Of a stretch of DNA of 32,000 nt, positions 20,190-29,012 are shown one piece after another. Source of the stretch: Synechococcus elongatus PCC 6301 (lineage in GTDB: Bacteria; Cyanobacteriota; Cyanobacteriia; Synechococcales; Synechococcaceae). How positions within the stretch are numbered: position 1 is the first letter of the stretch; each line of letters begins with the position of its first letter. The notes under the pieces are model-generated. The model was not told the DNA's origin and ran no database searches. It was given only the letters and a program-made list of their open reading frames with translations. The position numbers and the translations under genes were made by a program. The DNA lies in contig NC_006576.1 of the NCBI RefSeq assembly GCF_000010065.1, forward strand, positions 720,001 to 752,000. Direction: 5' to 3'.

Positions 20190-22820
20190 TTAGCTAGCGA
20201 TCGCAGTCTTGAGCTGATCGAGGGCTGCTGCGATGGCTTCTGGTAGCTTGCTGGCATCACGGCCACCGGCTTGCGCCAAGTTGGGACGACCGCCACCACC
20301 GCCACCACAGATTTTGGCAATGCCGCCGATGAACTGACCCGCTTTCAGTCCTTTGGCGATGATCGCGGGACCAAAGGCTGCGACTAGCGTTACTTTGCCT
20401 TCTTCAGGACTAGAACCGAGGACAACGGCACCGGCATCGCCGAGTTTTTGCTGGAGTCGTTCCGCTGCGGTTTGCAGAGCGGCTGCATCCACACCGGTCA
20501 GGGTTTCAACCAAGACTTGCGCGTCACCGACTGGGATCGCTTGGGACACCAGCGCATCGGATTTGGCGATCGCCAGTTCAGCTTTTAGCGCGGTTAGCTG
20601 CTTCTGATTGGCTTTCAACTCCTCTTGCAGCGCCGTAACGCGATCGCTCAGTTCCTCGGGTTTGGCCTTGAAGCGATCGCTCAAGTCGCGGACAACGGCA
20701 TCGCGGACGTTGAGGTATTCCAGCACGGCAGGGCCAGCCACCGCTTCAATCCGTCGCACGCCGGAAGCGACACCCGCTTCGCTGATGATCTTGAACAGGC
20801 CAATCTCGGCGGTATTGGCGACGTGGGTGCCGCCGCACAGCTCCATCGAGACGCCAGGCACGTCAATGACGCGGACTTCCGCACCGTATTTTTCGCCGAA
20901 CATGGCGACCGCGCCTTTGGCTTTGGCCGTCGCGATCGGCATCACCTCGACCACGGTGCCGTGAGCTTCAGCAATCCACTGGTTGATCTGGTCTTCGATT
21001 TGGCGCAGCTCTTCCGGTGTCACGGCTCGCGGACAGTTGAAGTCGAAGCGTAGGCGATCGAAAGCAACCAGCGAACCCGCTTGGGAAATGCCTTCATCGA
21101 CAATCAGCTTCAAGGCTGCTTGCAGCAGGTGCGTAGCGGTGTGATTGGCTTGGGCGCGGCGACGGCAGGCGCGATCGATTTGCGCCGTAACGCTATCGCC
21201 AACTTGCAGCAAACCCCGCTCAATCTGGCCGTAGTGGACGAAGAAACCTGATTCTTTCTGGACATCTTCGATCCGAACAATCAACGATTCGCCCGTGAGG
21301 ACACCGCGATCGCCAACTTGACCGCCGGATTCCGCATAAAACGGCGTGTGATCGAGCACGATCTGAACGCGATCGCCCGCTTCTGCGGCCTCAACACTTT
21401 GGCCTTCGCGGAGGAGCGCTGTGACTTTCGCCGTGGCAACCGCGTCGCCGTAGCCGACAAACTCAGACGGGTGAATCTGTTCCGCAAGGCGATCGAGCGA
21501 CCCTTGCACCGTCAGGTCGATCGTTTCGTGGGCAGCTTGCGATCGCTGGCGTTGGGCGGCCATCGCCGCTTCAAAACCAGCCAGATCGACGGTCAGTCCT
21601 TTTTCTTCGGCAATCTCTTGGGTCAGTTCCAGCGGGAAGCCGTAGGTGTCGTAAAGGACGAAGGCATCCTCGCCGCGAATCTGATCGGTGGCGGCAGCCA
21701 GCAGTTCCGCCAGCAGTTTTTCGCCGCGCTCCAAGGTTTCCAAAAAGCGCTGTTCTTCCCGCGTCAGTTCTGCTTTAATCGCCGCTTCCCGTTCCCGCAG
21801 GTTGGGATATTGCGCGGCCATTAAAGCGATCGCAGTTTCGGCAATCTCCGCCGTAAAGGGGCGATCGATGCCAATCAAGCGACCATGGCGCACCACGCGC
21901 CGAATCAGTCGCCGCAGCACATAGCCGCGCCCGAGGTTGGAAGCCGTGACACCATCGGCAATCAAATGAGTGACGGCACGCAGGTGATCGCCGATCACTT
22001 TCAGCGAGACTTTGACCGATTCCGACTCGCTGGCGTAGTCTCGCTGGGCGATCGCAGCCACCGCTTGAATGATCGGGAAAATCAGGTCGGTTTCGTAGTT
22101 ATTGGGCACGCCTTGCAGGACTTGAGCCATGCGCTCCAGCCCCATGCCCGTATCGATATTCTGCTTCTCCAGCGCCGTCAGATTGCCCGCTGCATCGCGG
22201 TTGTACTGCATGAACACGAGGTTGTAGACCTCGATGAAGCGGCTGTCATCTTCCAGATCCAGGCCGTCATTGCCCAGCTCGGGATGGAAGTCGTAATAGA
22301 TCTCGGAGCAGGGGCCACAGGGACCCGTCGGGCCGGAAGCCCAGAAATTATCTTTAGCGCCCAGTCGTTGGATCCGTGCTTCTGGCACACCAATTTGATC
22401 GCGCCAGATCGCAAAGGCTTCGTCGTCTTCTTCAAAGACACTAACCGCTAGCCGTTCCGCCGGCACTTGAAACACTTCCGTGACGAGTTCCCAAGCAAAG
22501 GCGATCGCTTCTTTCTTGAAATAGTCGCCGAAGCTGAAGTTGCCCAGCATTTCAAAGAAGGTGTGGTGGCGAGCCGTGCGACCCACATTCTCGATATCGT
22601 TGGTGCGAATGCACTTTTGCGACGTTGTGGCCCGTGGCACTTCCGCGACCTGCTGCCCGAGGAAGATCGGCTTGAACGGCAACATGCCTGCGATCGTCAG
22701 CAAGACCGTTGGATCTTCAGGGATCAGCGAGGCACTGGGTAGGCGACGGTGCCCCTTGCCTTCAAAGAATTTCAGAAAGGTTTCGCGGATTTGATCACCG
22801 CTAAGAGCAGGGGCAGCCAT
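20190..22820 (-). CDS. alaS: Alanyl-tRNA synthetase
   Basis: Start ATG at 22820 ([34 protein letters not shown]...); [46 protein letters not shown]-terminal [16 protein letters not shown]. Confidence 0.97.
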   Translation of the reverse strand: MAAPALSGDQIRETFLKFFEGKGHRRLPSASLIPEDPTVLLTIAGMLPFKPIFLGQQVAEVPRATTSQKCIRTNDIENVGRTARHHTFFEMLGNFSFGDYFKKEAIAFAWELVTEVFQVPAERLAVSVFEEDDEAFAIWRDQIGVPEARIQRLGAKDNFWASGPTGPCGPCSEIYYDFHPELGNDGLDLEDDSRFIEVYNLVFMQYNRDAAGNLTALEKQNIDTGMGLERMAQVLQGVPNNYETDLIFPIIQAVAAIAQRDYASESESVKVSLKVIGDHLRAVTHLIADGVTASNLGRGYVLRRLIRRVVRHGRLIGIDRPFTAEIAETAIALMAAQYPNLREREAAIKAELTREEQRFLETLERGEKLLAELLAAATDQIRGEDAFVLYDTYGFPLELTQEIAEEKGLTVDLAGFEAAMAAQRQRSQAAHETIDLTVQGSLDRLAEQIHPSEFVGYGDAVATAKVTALLREGQSVEAAEAGDRVQIVLDHTPFYAESGGQVGDRGVLTGESLIVRIEDVQKESGFFVHYGQIERGLLQVGDSVTAQIDRACRRRAQANHTATHLLQAALKLIVDEGISQAGSLVAFDRLRFDFNCPRAVTPEELRQIEDQINQWIAEAHGTVVEVMPIATAKAKGAVAMFGEKYGAEVRVIDVPGVSMELCGGTHVANTAEIGLFKIISEAGVASGVRRIEAVAGPAVLEYLNVRDAVVRDLSDRFKAKPEELSDRVTALQEELKANQKQLTALKAELAIAKSDALVSQAIPVGDAQVLVETLTGVDAAALQTAAERLQQKLGDAGAVVLGSSPEEGKVTLVAAFGPAIIAKGLKAGQFIGGIAKICGGGGGGRPNLAQAGGRDASKLPEAIAAALDQLKTAIAS

Positions 22821-22977
22821 GGATTGCCGAAGCGAAATAAACGACAGGGAGCAGATTAAACCCATCATGCCGTATTGCTTGGGGGGCACCGCGCCCTAAA
22901 ATCGGGAAATGCGATCGCCCGTGGGGGCTGAACAGACAGGAGTCTGCGATCGCGGCTGTGCTGGGGTGTTGACCCGC

Positions 22978-23412
22978 ATGACTCGTTCTTCCTTGAGTTT
23001 GGCTGAGCGCTGGGAATCGGCAAAAGCAGGCTTGCTGGCTTTGGCGACGGCGGTAATTCCGGCAGCAGCGTTGATTGGCCTAGAGATTCAGCGACCCTCT
23101 GCCCTGCCGGCTTGGACGACTTTGGCGGTGCATAGCGGCGCGATCGCGGTCAGTGTTTTTCTCTTTGGCGTCACTTACCGCTACGCCATTCGCAGCGACA
23201 CGAATCCCCATCTGCGCAATGGTTTGGTGGGAGCCTTTGGGTTAGTGCGCGGACTAGGACTGCTGGAAAACGGCGCAACGACCAGTCTGGATTTACCGTG
23301 GTTAACTTCGCAGTTGGGCGGTAGTCTACTGCTGTTTGCGCTTTGTGCAACTAGCTTGGATTTTGCGATCGCGCGTGGTTGGTTACGCCCCATTCCCTCT
23401 TCTCCCCAATAA
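22978..23412 (+). CDS. Small multi-pass membrane protein (DUF3082-like)
   Basis: Likely start ATG 22978 (MTRSSLSLAERWESAKAGLLALATAVIPAAALIGLEIQRP...) with several hydrophobic segments. Confidence 0.65.
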   Translation: MTRSSLSLAERWESAKAGLLALATAVIPAAALIGLEIQRPSALPAWTTLAVHSGAIAVSVFLFGVTYRYAIRSDTNPHLRNGLVGAFGLVRGLGLLENGATTSLDLPWLTSQLGGSLLLFALCATSLDFAIARGWLRPIPSSPQ

Positions 23413-23415
23413 CCC

Positions 23416-26400
23416 ATGGCAGTGCTGCACGGTGGCTGGCTCGGCGATCGCTTCTGCGTTTGGGCCGAGGCTTGGCAGGCTGGTGAGCCTCAGTCGGCAG
23501 CAGAAATTGCGATTCATCCCTACGCGATCGCGGCCACTGACTTAAATGATTGGTGCCAGAAGTACCGTCTGGGATCCCTGACGGGGACGCCAACAGAAGT
23601 CCTGCTCTCTATTCCCAGTGACCTGAAGAAAGAGGCGGTTCTACCGTTTCTGAGTGGTCAGGAAATTCCAGATGGGGCGCTGCTTTGGTCTTGGCAGATC
23701 CCCGTGCTGTCGCTAGAAGCCGCGATCGCCGGTCAATGGCTGGCGACCTTGCCGCTGGGTTCGGCGGAGGATCATCCTTGGCTGGGGCCAGATCTACGCT
23801 TTTGGAGCCACATCTACCGCTGGGCACAAAGTTTGCTGGCTCGGGGGCGCTTTTATCCGGCGCTGGAGTCGAGCGATCGCGGTTTAACGGCAGTTTGGTT
23901 GCCACTGTTTAATCAAGCGGGCGATCGCCAGCGCTTCGATCGCTATAGTCAGCAGCTGCCCTTTAGTCAGTTTTGCTATCAGGCAATCGAAACAGCGGCA
24001 GCTTGTCCTTGGCAGCCTCAACCGCAGGATCTGTTGCTGCGAGTCCTACAGACTTGGTTGACAGCACGACTACAACCGGCGATCGCGGCGGGAACTCTCG
24101 TGTCTGCTGATCTGCTGGCGGCTTGGCAGCAATCGCTAGCGAATGGAAAACCGCTAAAGCTAGAAGACAGTGAAGCCAGTCGCTTGCAAACGGCGATCGA
24201 TCGCTGGTTACTACCAGTGCAGAATGGCGCAGCTCAGGCTTGGCGGATGGTTTTGCGCCTTGTCCCGCCTACGGAGCAAGAGCAGCCCTGGCAATTGGAG
24301 TTTGGCTTACAAGCAGCGACCGATCCCGATCGCTTTCGGCCGGCCTCTCTCCTCTGGCAGGATCCGCTGCCACCTGGGCTACCAGATCAATCTCAGGAAT
24401 TGCTGTTACGCGGCTTGGGACAGGCTTGTCGGCTCTATCCCCAATTGCAAACCAGTCTGGCGACAGCCTGTCCAGAATTCCATCCACTGACCACAGCGGA
24501 GGTCTATCAGCTGCTCAAGCAGGTGATTCCTCAGTGGCAAGAGCAGGGCATTGAAGTGCAACTGCCGCCGGGCTTGCGTGGTCAAGGGCGACACCGGCTG
24601 GGAGTGGAAGTCAGCGCCACGTTGCCGAGCGATCGCCCGAGTGTGGGGCTGGAAGCACTACTGCAGTTTCGTTGGGAGCTGAGTCTGGGCGGTCAGCGGC
24701 TGACCAAAGCAGAAGTGGAACGCTTGGCAGCCCTGGAAACGCCCTTGGTGGAAATCAACGGCGACTGGATTGAGGTGCGGCCGCAGGATATTGAGTCGGC
24801 GCGAGAGTTTTTCCGTAAGCGCAAGGATCAGCCAAATTTGACCTTGGCGGATGCGATCGCGATCGCCAGTGGTGAGTCGCCGAATGTTGGTCGCCTGCCG
24901 GTGGTCAATTTTGAAGCGGCGGGCTTACTCGAAGAAGCCTTGGCCGTGTTTCAGGGGCAGCGATCGCCTGCGGCTTTGCCCGCTCCGCCCACCTTTCAGG
25001 GCGAGCTGCGACCCTATCAAGAGCGGGGGGTGGGCTGGCTCAGCTTTTTGCAGCGCTTCGGGATTGGGGCTTGCCTCGCCGACGACATGGGCTTGGGTAA
25101 GACGATTCAGCTGCTGGCCTTTTTACTGCATCTCAAACACAGCAACGAGCTGACGCGGCCGGTGCTGCTAGTCTGTCCGACTTCGGTGCTGGGCAACTGG
25201 GAACGGGAGGTGCAGAAATTTGCACCGGAGCTTCGCTGGAAGCTGCACTATGGCCCCGATCGCGCTCAGGGTAAGGCTTTGGCGACAGCGCTCAAGGACT
25301 GCGATTTGGTGCTGACCAGTTACTCCTTGGTGGCGCGAGATCAGAAAGCGATCGCGGCGATCGACTGGCAAGGCATTGTGCTGGATGAAGCCCAGAACAT
25401 CAAGAATGACCAGGCGAAACAGACGCAGGCGGTGCGAGCGATCGCCCAAAGTCCGACGCAAAAGCCCCGCTTTCGGATTGCCCTGACAGGGACGCCGGTT
25501 GAGAATCGCCTCAGTGAGTTGTGGTCGATTGTCGAGTTTTTGCAGCCGGGACATTTAGGCACCAAGCCATTCTTTCAAAAGCGCTTTGTCACGCCGATCG
25601 AGCGTTTTGGCGATGCGGATTCGCTGACAGCATTGCGGCAGCGCGTGCAACCGTTAATCCTACGGCGACTGAAAACCGATCGCAGCATTATTGCCGACTT
25701 GCCTGAGAAGCAAGAAATGACGGTCTTTTGTCCGTTGGTACAGGAGCAGGCCGATCGCTATCAGGTGCTAGTCAATGAAGCGCTAGCCAATATTGAAGCA
25801 AGTGAAGGCATTCAGCGGCGCGGCCAGATTTTGGCATTGCTAACGCGACTGAAGCAGCTCTGTAATCATCCGTCGTTGTTGCTCGAAAAGCCGAAGCTCG
25901 ATCCGAATTTTGGCGATCGCTCAGCCAAGTTGCAGCGCTTACTAGAAATGTTGGCGGAGCTAACGGATGCGGGCGATCGCGCTTTGGTGTTTACGCAGTT
26001 TGCGGGCTGGGGTAGTTTGCTGCAGCAATTTTTGCAGGAACAGCTAGGGCGAGAGGTGCTGTTTTTGTCGGGCAGTACCAAGAAGGGCGATCGCCAACAG
26101 ATGGTTGATCGCTTCCAAAATGATCCGCAGGCACCGGCAATTTTCATCCTGTCATTGAAGGCTGGCGGGGTGGGGCTCAACCTGACGAAAGCCAATCATG
26201 TCTTTCATTACGATCGCTGGTGGAATCCGGCAGTTGAAAACCAAGCGACCGATCGCGCGTTTCGGATTGGGCAACGACGCAATGTACAGGTGCACAAGTT
26301 TGTCTGCGCTGGCACTCTAGAAGAAAAAATTGATCAGATGATCGCTAGCAAGCAAGCATTAGCACAGCAGATTGTCGGTAGTGGTGAGGATTGGCTAACG

Positions 26401-26475
26401 GAACTAGACACCAATCAACTCCGGCAACTCTTGATCCTCGATCGCTCAGCTTGGGTAGAAGAGGAAGAGCCTTAG
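23416..26475 (+). CDS. SNF2-family (DEAD/DEAH-like) ATP-dependent helicase
   Basis: 1019 aa; ELRPYQERGVGWLSFLQRFGIGACLADDMGLGKTIQLLAFLLH (Walker A), VLDEAQNIKN (DEAQ), LTGTPVENRLSELWSI, VFTQFAGWGSLLQQFL, SLKAGGVGLNLTKANHVFHYDRWWNPAVENQATDRAFRIGQ. Confidence 0.95.
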   Translation: MAVLHGGWLGDRFCVWAEAWQAGEPQSAAEIAIHPYAIAATDLNDWCQKYRLGSLTGTPTEVLLSIPSDLKKEAVLPFLSGQEIPDGALLWSWQIPVLSLEAAIAGQWLATLPLGSAEDHPWLGPDLRFWSHIYRWAQSLLARGRFYPALESSDRGLTAVWLPLFNQAGDRQRFDRYSQQLPFSQFCYQAIETAAACPWQPQPQDLLLRVLQTWLTARLQPAIAAGTLVSADLLAAWQQSLANGKPLKLEDSEASRLQTAIDRWLLPVQNGAAQAWRMVLRLVPPTEQEQPWQLEFGLQAATDPDRFRPASLLWQDPLPPGLPDQSQELLLRGLGQACRLYPQLQTSLATACPEFHPLTTAEVYQLLKQVIPQWQEQGIEVQLPPGLRGQGRHRLGVEVSATLPSDRPSVGLEALLQFRWELSLGGQRLTKAEVERLAALETPLVEINGDWIEVRPQDIESAREFFRKRKDQPNLTLADAIAIASGESPNVGRLPVVNFEAAGLLEEALAVFQGQRSPAALPAPPTFQGELRPYQERGVGWLSFLQRFGIGACLADDMGLGKTIQLLAFLLHLKHSNELTRPVLLVCPTSVLGNWEREVQKFAPELRWKLHYGPDRAQGKALATALKDCDLVLTSYSLVARDQKAIAAIDWQGIVLDEAQNIKNDQAKQTQAVRAIAQSPTQKPRFRIALTGTPVENRLSELWSIVEFLQPGHLGTKPFFQKRFVTPIERFGDADSLTALRQRVQPLILRRLKTDRSIIADLPEKQEMTVFCPLVQEQADRYQVLVNEALANIEASEGIQRRGQILALLTRLKQLCNHPSLLLEKPKLDPNFGDRSAKLQRLLEMLAELTDAGDRALVFTQFAGWGSLLQQFLQEQLGREVLFLSGSTKKGDRQQMVDRFQNDPQAPAIFILSLKAGGVGLNLTKANHVFHYDRWWNPAVENQATDRAFRIGQRRNVQVHKFVCAGTLEEKIDQMIASKQALAQQIVGSGEDWLTELDTNQLRQLLILDRSAWVEEEEP

Positions 26476-26540
26476 AGAAGAAAAAATTCGATAGAAGCCA
26501 ATATCATGCATGCAGAAATAATATGAGCCGAATCTTTCAA

Positions 26541-26572
26541 GAATAAAAGTTTTTTATTCTGAGTGAACTCAG
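26541..26572 (+). promoter_or_regulatory. Two consecutive small hairpins upstream of the DUF4062 gene
   Basis: gaataaaa-gtt-ttttattc (26541-26559) and ctgag-tgaa-ctcag (26559-26572). Could be a terminator/leader for the region between the SNF2 and DUF4062 genes. Confidence 0.35.
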
Positions 26573-26668
26573 AGTGTATTGGGTTCTAGGTTTTTATTTG
26601 ACTTCCAAAAAATAAATGTTATTCTGTTGACCCCAGAGTAAATTTGTAATCTTTCAGGGGCTAATATT

Positions 26669-27757
26669 ATGGAAAAACGTTATCAAATATTTATTAGCTC
26701 AACTTTTATTGACCTCAAAGACGAGCGACAAGCTGCATTAAAGGCAATTCTAGAGATCGATCATATGCCAGCAGGAATGGAGCTATTTTCTGCAACTGAT
26801 GATTCGGCATGGCAGCTTATTCAAGATGTTATAGATAGTTCTGACTACTATATTTTGATTGTTGGTGGTCGATACGGCTCCCTAGATGAGGCAGGTCTTA
26901 GCTATACAGAAAAAGAATATGATTATGCACTTTTGACCAAGAAGCCTGTAATACCGCTGCTTCACGAAAACCCAGACAATTTACCAAGGGACAAGACAGA
27001 AACTGATAGTAATGCTTGGAAAAAATTACAAGACTTCAGAAAAAAGGTACAAAAAAAGCATACATGTGTTTATTGGCGAAACGCAGATGACTTAAAGGCT
27101 AAAGTAATTGTTGGATTGACTTCAGCGATCAAGCGACATCCTGCAGTTGGGTGGGTTAGAGCTGATAAGGTTCCAACAGAAACAGCTTTAGCTGAAGTTC
27201 TCTCTCTCAAGAATAAAATTACAGAACTAGAGAAGGAGGCAGCCTTATTAAGAGACAAGCCTCCATCTGGAACTGAGTTTTTAGCACAGGGAAATGACAA
27301 ATATGAAATTCACCTCTCTTTCAAATCTCGAGGAAAGTTCTCTATCTTTTCACATGATGAGGACAAAAAGTATAATGCATCGATAAACCTAACCTGGAAT
27401 GCCATATTTGCAGCAGTTGCTCCATCAATGATTAACGAAGCTTCTGCCCATACTCTTCGTCAAGCATTTACAGATTTCTTCAAACGGGAATCATTAAAGG
27501 CTTTCCAGAGTCAAAAGAGGTTTGAGAATTATGAGTTAGTTGATTTTTCCTTTCACAAAGATGAAATTGAGACCTGTATAGTTCAGCTTAGAGCTCTTGG
27601 ACTAATAAAGGAAAACGATCGAAAACGCAGTGTTAGCGACACTAGCACCTATTGGACGCTTACTCCATATGGTAATACCCTTATGGTTCAGCTTCGTGCA
27701 ATAAAACGTGAGCCTCTCGAGGATGAAGACCTTGATGGAACTGCTGTCGAATCATAA
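26669..27757 (+). CDS. DUF4062 domain protein with short coiled-coil linker and uncharacterised C-terminal domain
   Basis: 362 aa; N-terminus YQIFISSTFIDLKDERQAALKAILEIDHMPAGMELFSA...SDYYILIVGGRYGSL...GLSYTEKEYDYALLTKKPVIPLLH matches the DUF4062 pattern. Linker LAEVLSLKNKITELEKEAALLRDK. AT-rich codon usage unlike neighbouring genes. Confidence 0.85.
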   Translation: MEKRYQIFISSTFIDLKDERQAALKAILEIDHMPAGMELFSATDDSAWQLIQDVIDSSDYYILIVGGRYGSLDEAGLSYTEKEYDYALLTKKPVIPLLHENPDNLPRDKTETDSNAWKKLQDFRKKVQKKHTCVYWRNADDLKAKVIVGLTSAIKRHPAVGWVRADKVPTETALAEVLSLKNKITELEKEAALLRDKPPSGTEFLAQGNDKYEIHLSFKSRGKFSIFSHDEDKKYNASINLTWNAIFAAVAPSMINEASAHTLRQAFTDFFKRESLKAFQSQKRFENYELVDFSFHKDEIETCIVQLRALGLIKENDRKRSVSDTSTYWTLTPYGNTLMVQLRAIKREPLEDEDLDGTAVES

Positions 27758-27924
27758 TATTAGAAGCGAAGTAGTTTTCTAGCCGACAGAAGTCATTGTT
27801 ATCGATCAGTCTAATTGTCAACTGTTTTACTCCTAGCTCTATCTAGGTAGTATTTATTAATCTGCTTTTATGAAAGCATCTAATGCTAAATATTTTTTGA
27901 TCAAAATAAAAATAAAAGCAATAT

Positions 27925-28503
27925 CTATAAAGTAAAAGGAGTCCCCCACTGCCGCCAATTCTGCTTATTGAAGGGCGATCGCCAATAATCGATCAGGATA
28001 GTTTCGAGTTGTTGGCGAGGTCGTGTTTGCGTGGGTGCATTCAGCCAAAAGCCAATGCCCACCTCACAAGCCAAACCATGCTGATGATGGAGCGACTGAT
28101 AGCGAGCCACATAATCCTTGCAATCGTGTTCCCCTTTCCATCGCTGATTCGCCTTAATCGTTTCGCCCACATAGAGCAATAGCGAACAGTGATAGTCAAT
28201 CACAAAGTAAAGCGCTGCCGTGCCTGCACTTGCTGCAGGCCAACGCCAAAACTCCAAACTGCGGCGACGTAACTGCCACGGATCAATACTGTGGGCGATC
28301 GCCTCAGCCTCAGGTACCTGTCCAAATAAATCCGTTGGTAATGGCGGAGGTTGCGATCGCAACGCCGACTGAAAATTAATAATCCGCTGCTTCCAAGCCT
28401 CCAACGACTCTGCCGATTGCTCATGCTCGGCGGGCGTACTGCCATAACGAGCCGCCTCTAACTCCCGCACCTGTGATCGGCCAAATAGCGGCAACTGTTC
28501 CAT
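27925..28503 (-). CDS. GIY-YIG nuclease-fold family protein
   Basis: 192 aa; ALYFVIDYHCSLLLYVGETIKANQRWKGEHDCKDYVARY...QQLETILIDYWRSPFNKQNW. The YVG motif, Arg, Glu and Asn are placed as in GIY-YIG domains. Confidence 0.7.
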   Translation of the reverse strand: MEQLPLFGRSQVRELEAARYGSTPAEHEQSAESLEAWKQRIINFQSALRSQPPPLPTDLFGQVPEAEAIAHSIDPWQLRRRSLEFWRWPAASAGTAALYFVIDYHCSLLLYVGETIKANQRWKGEHDCKDYVARYQSLHHQHGLACEVGIGFWLNAPTQTRPRQQLETILIDYWRSPFNKQNWRQWGTPFTL

Positions 28504-28549
28504 TTTGAAGGAGGTATATTGTGGATGTTCAGTAATGCAAGTTGATTAT

Positions 28550-28759
28550 ATGAAGACTCACAGCTTCACAGCGATTGTTTACAAGGAGGATGATGTTTAC
28601 ATTGCTGAGTGCCCCGAAATTGGAACAGTTGATCAAGGAGAAACGATCGAACAAGCGATCGCAGGTTTAAAGGAAGCGACAAGACTCTACTTAGAAGAAT
28701 TTCCTATGCCAAAAACATCACCTCGATTTCTCACTAATATTGAAGTGAGCTATGCCTAA
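28550..28759 (+). CDS. hicB: HicB-family antitoxin
   Basis: Likely start ATG 28550: MKTHSFTAIVYKEDDVYIAECPEIGTVDQGETIEQAIAGLKEATRLYLEEFP... ; directly upstream of hicA. ORF track extends to 28505. Confidence 0.85.
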   Translation: MKTHSFTAIVYKEDDVYIAECPEIGTVDQGETIEQAIAGLKEATRLYLEEFPMPKTSPRFLTNIEVSYA

Positions 28760-28979
28760 ATTGCCACGCGTCTCAAGCCGAGAGGTGATTCGGGCACTGG
28801 AACGTTTAGGGTTTGTATTGATTCGACAGACAGGTAGTCATGTCGTGCTGAAGAAAGTCACAGCAGAAGGTGAAATTGGCTGTGTTGTTCCTGTCCATCG
28901 AGAGTTAAAAGTCGGCACTCTAAATAGCATCCTAAAACAGGCAAAAGTGACCATTGAGGATTTCATTGATAACCTGTAA
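28752..28979 (+). CDS. hicA: HicA-family mRNA interferase toxin
   Basis: 75 aa MPKLPRVSSREVIRALERLGFVLIRQTGSHVVLKKVTAEGEIGCVVPVHRELKVGTLNSILKQAKVTIEDFIDNL, with the G-S-H catalytic motif; overlaps hicB by 8 bp. Confidence 0.92.
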   Translation: MPKLPRVSSREVIRALERLGFVLIRQTGSHVVLKKVTAEGEIGCVVPVHRELKVGTLNSILKQAKVTIEDFIDNL

Positions 28980-29012
28980 ACAAAAAAATAATCTGTATAG
29001 CGATGAGTCTAC

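Noticed and set aside
21318-21824. 168-aa + strand ORF opposite alaS (and similar antisense ORFs at 21885-22451, 20625-21053)
   Set aside because: Shadow ORFs antisense to a clear alaS coding frame; composition is not protein-like.
23416-27757. SNF2 helicase plus DUF4062 considered as a DISARM-like or other helicase-based defence operon
   Set aside because: No methyltransferase, DUF1998 or PLD gene nearby. The helicase gene is HIP1-rich and compositionally core, while the DUF4062 gene is clearly distinct, with a ~190 bp gap and a possible terminator between them.
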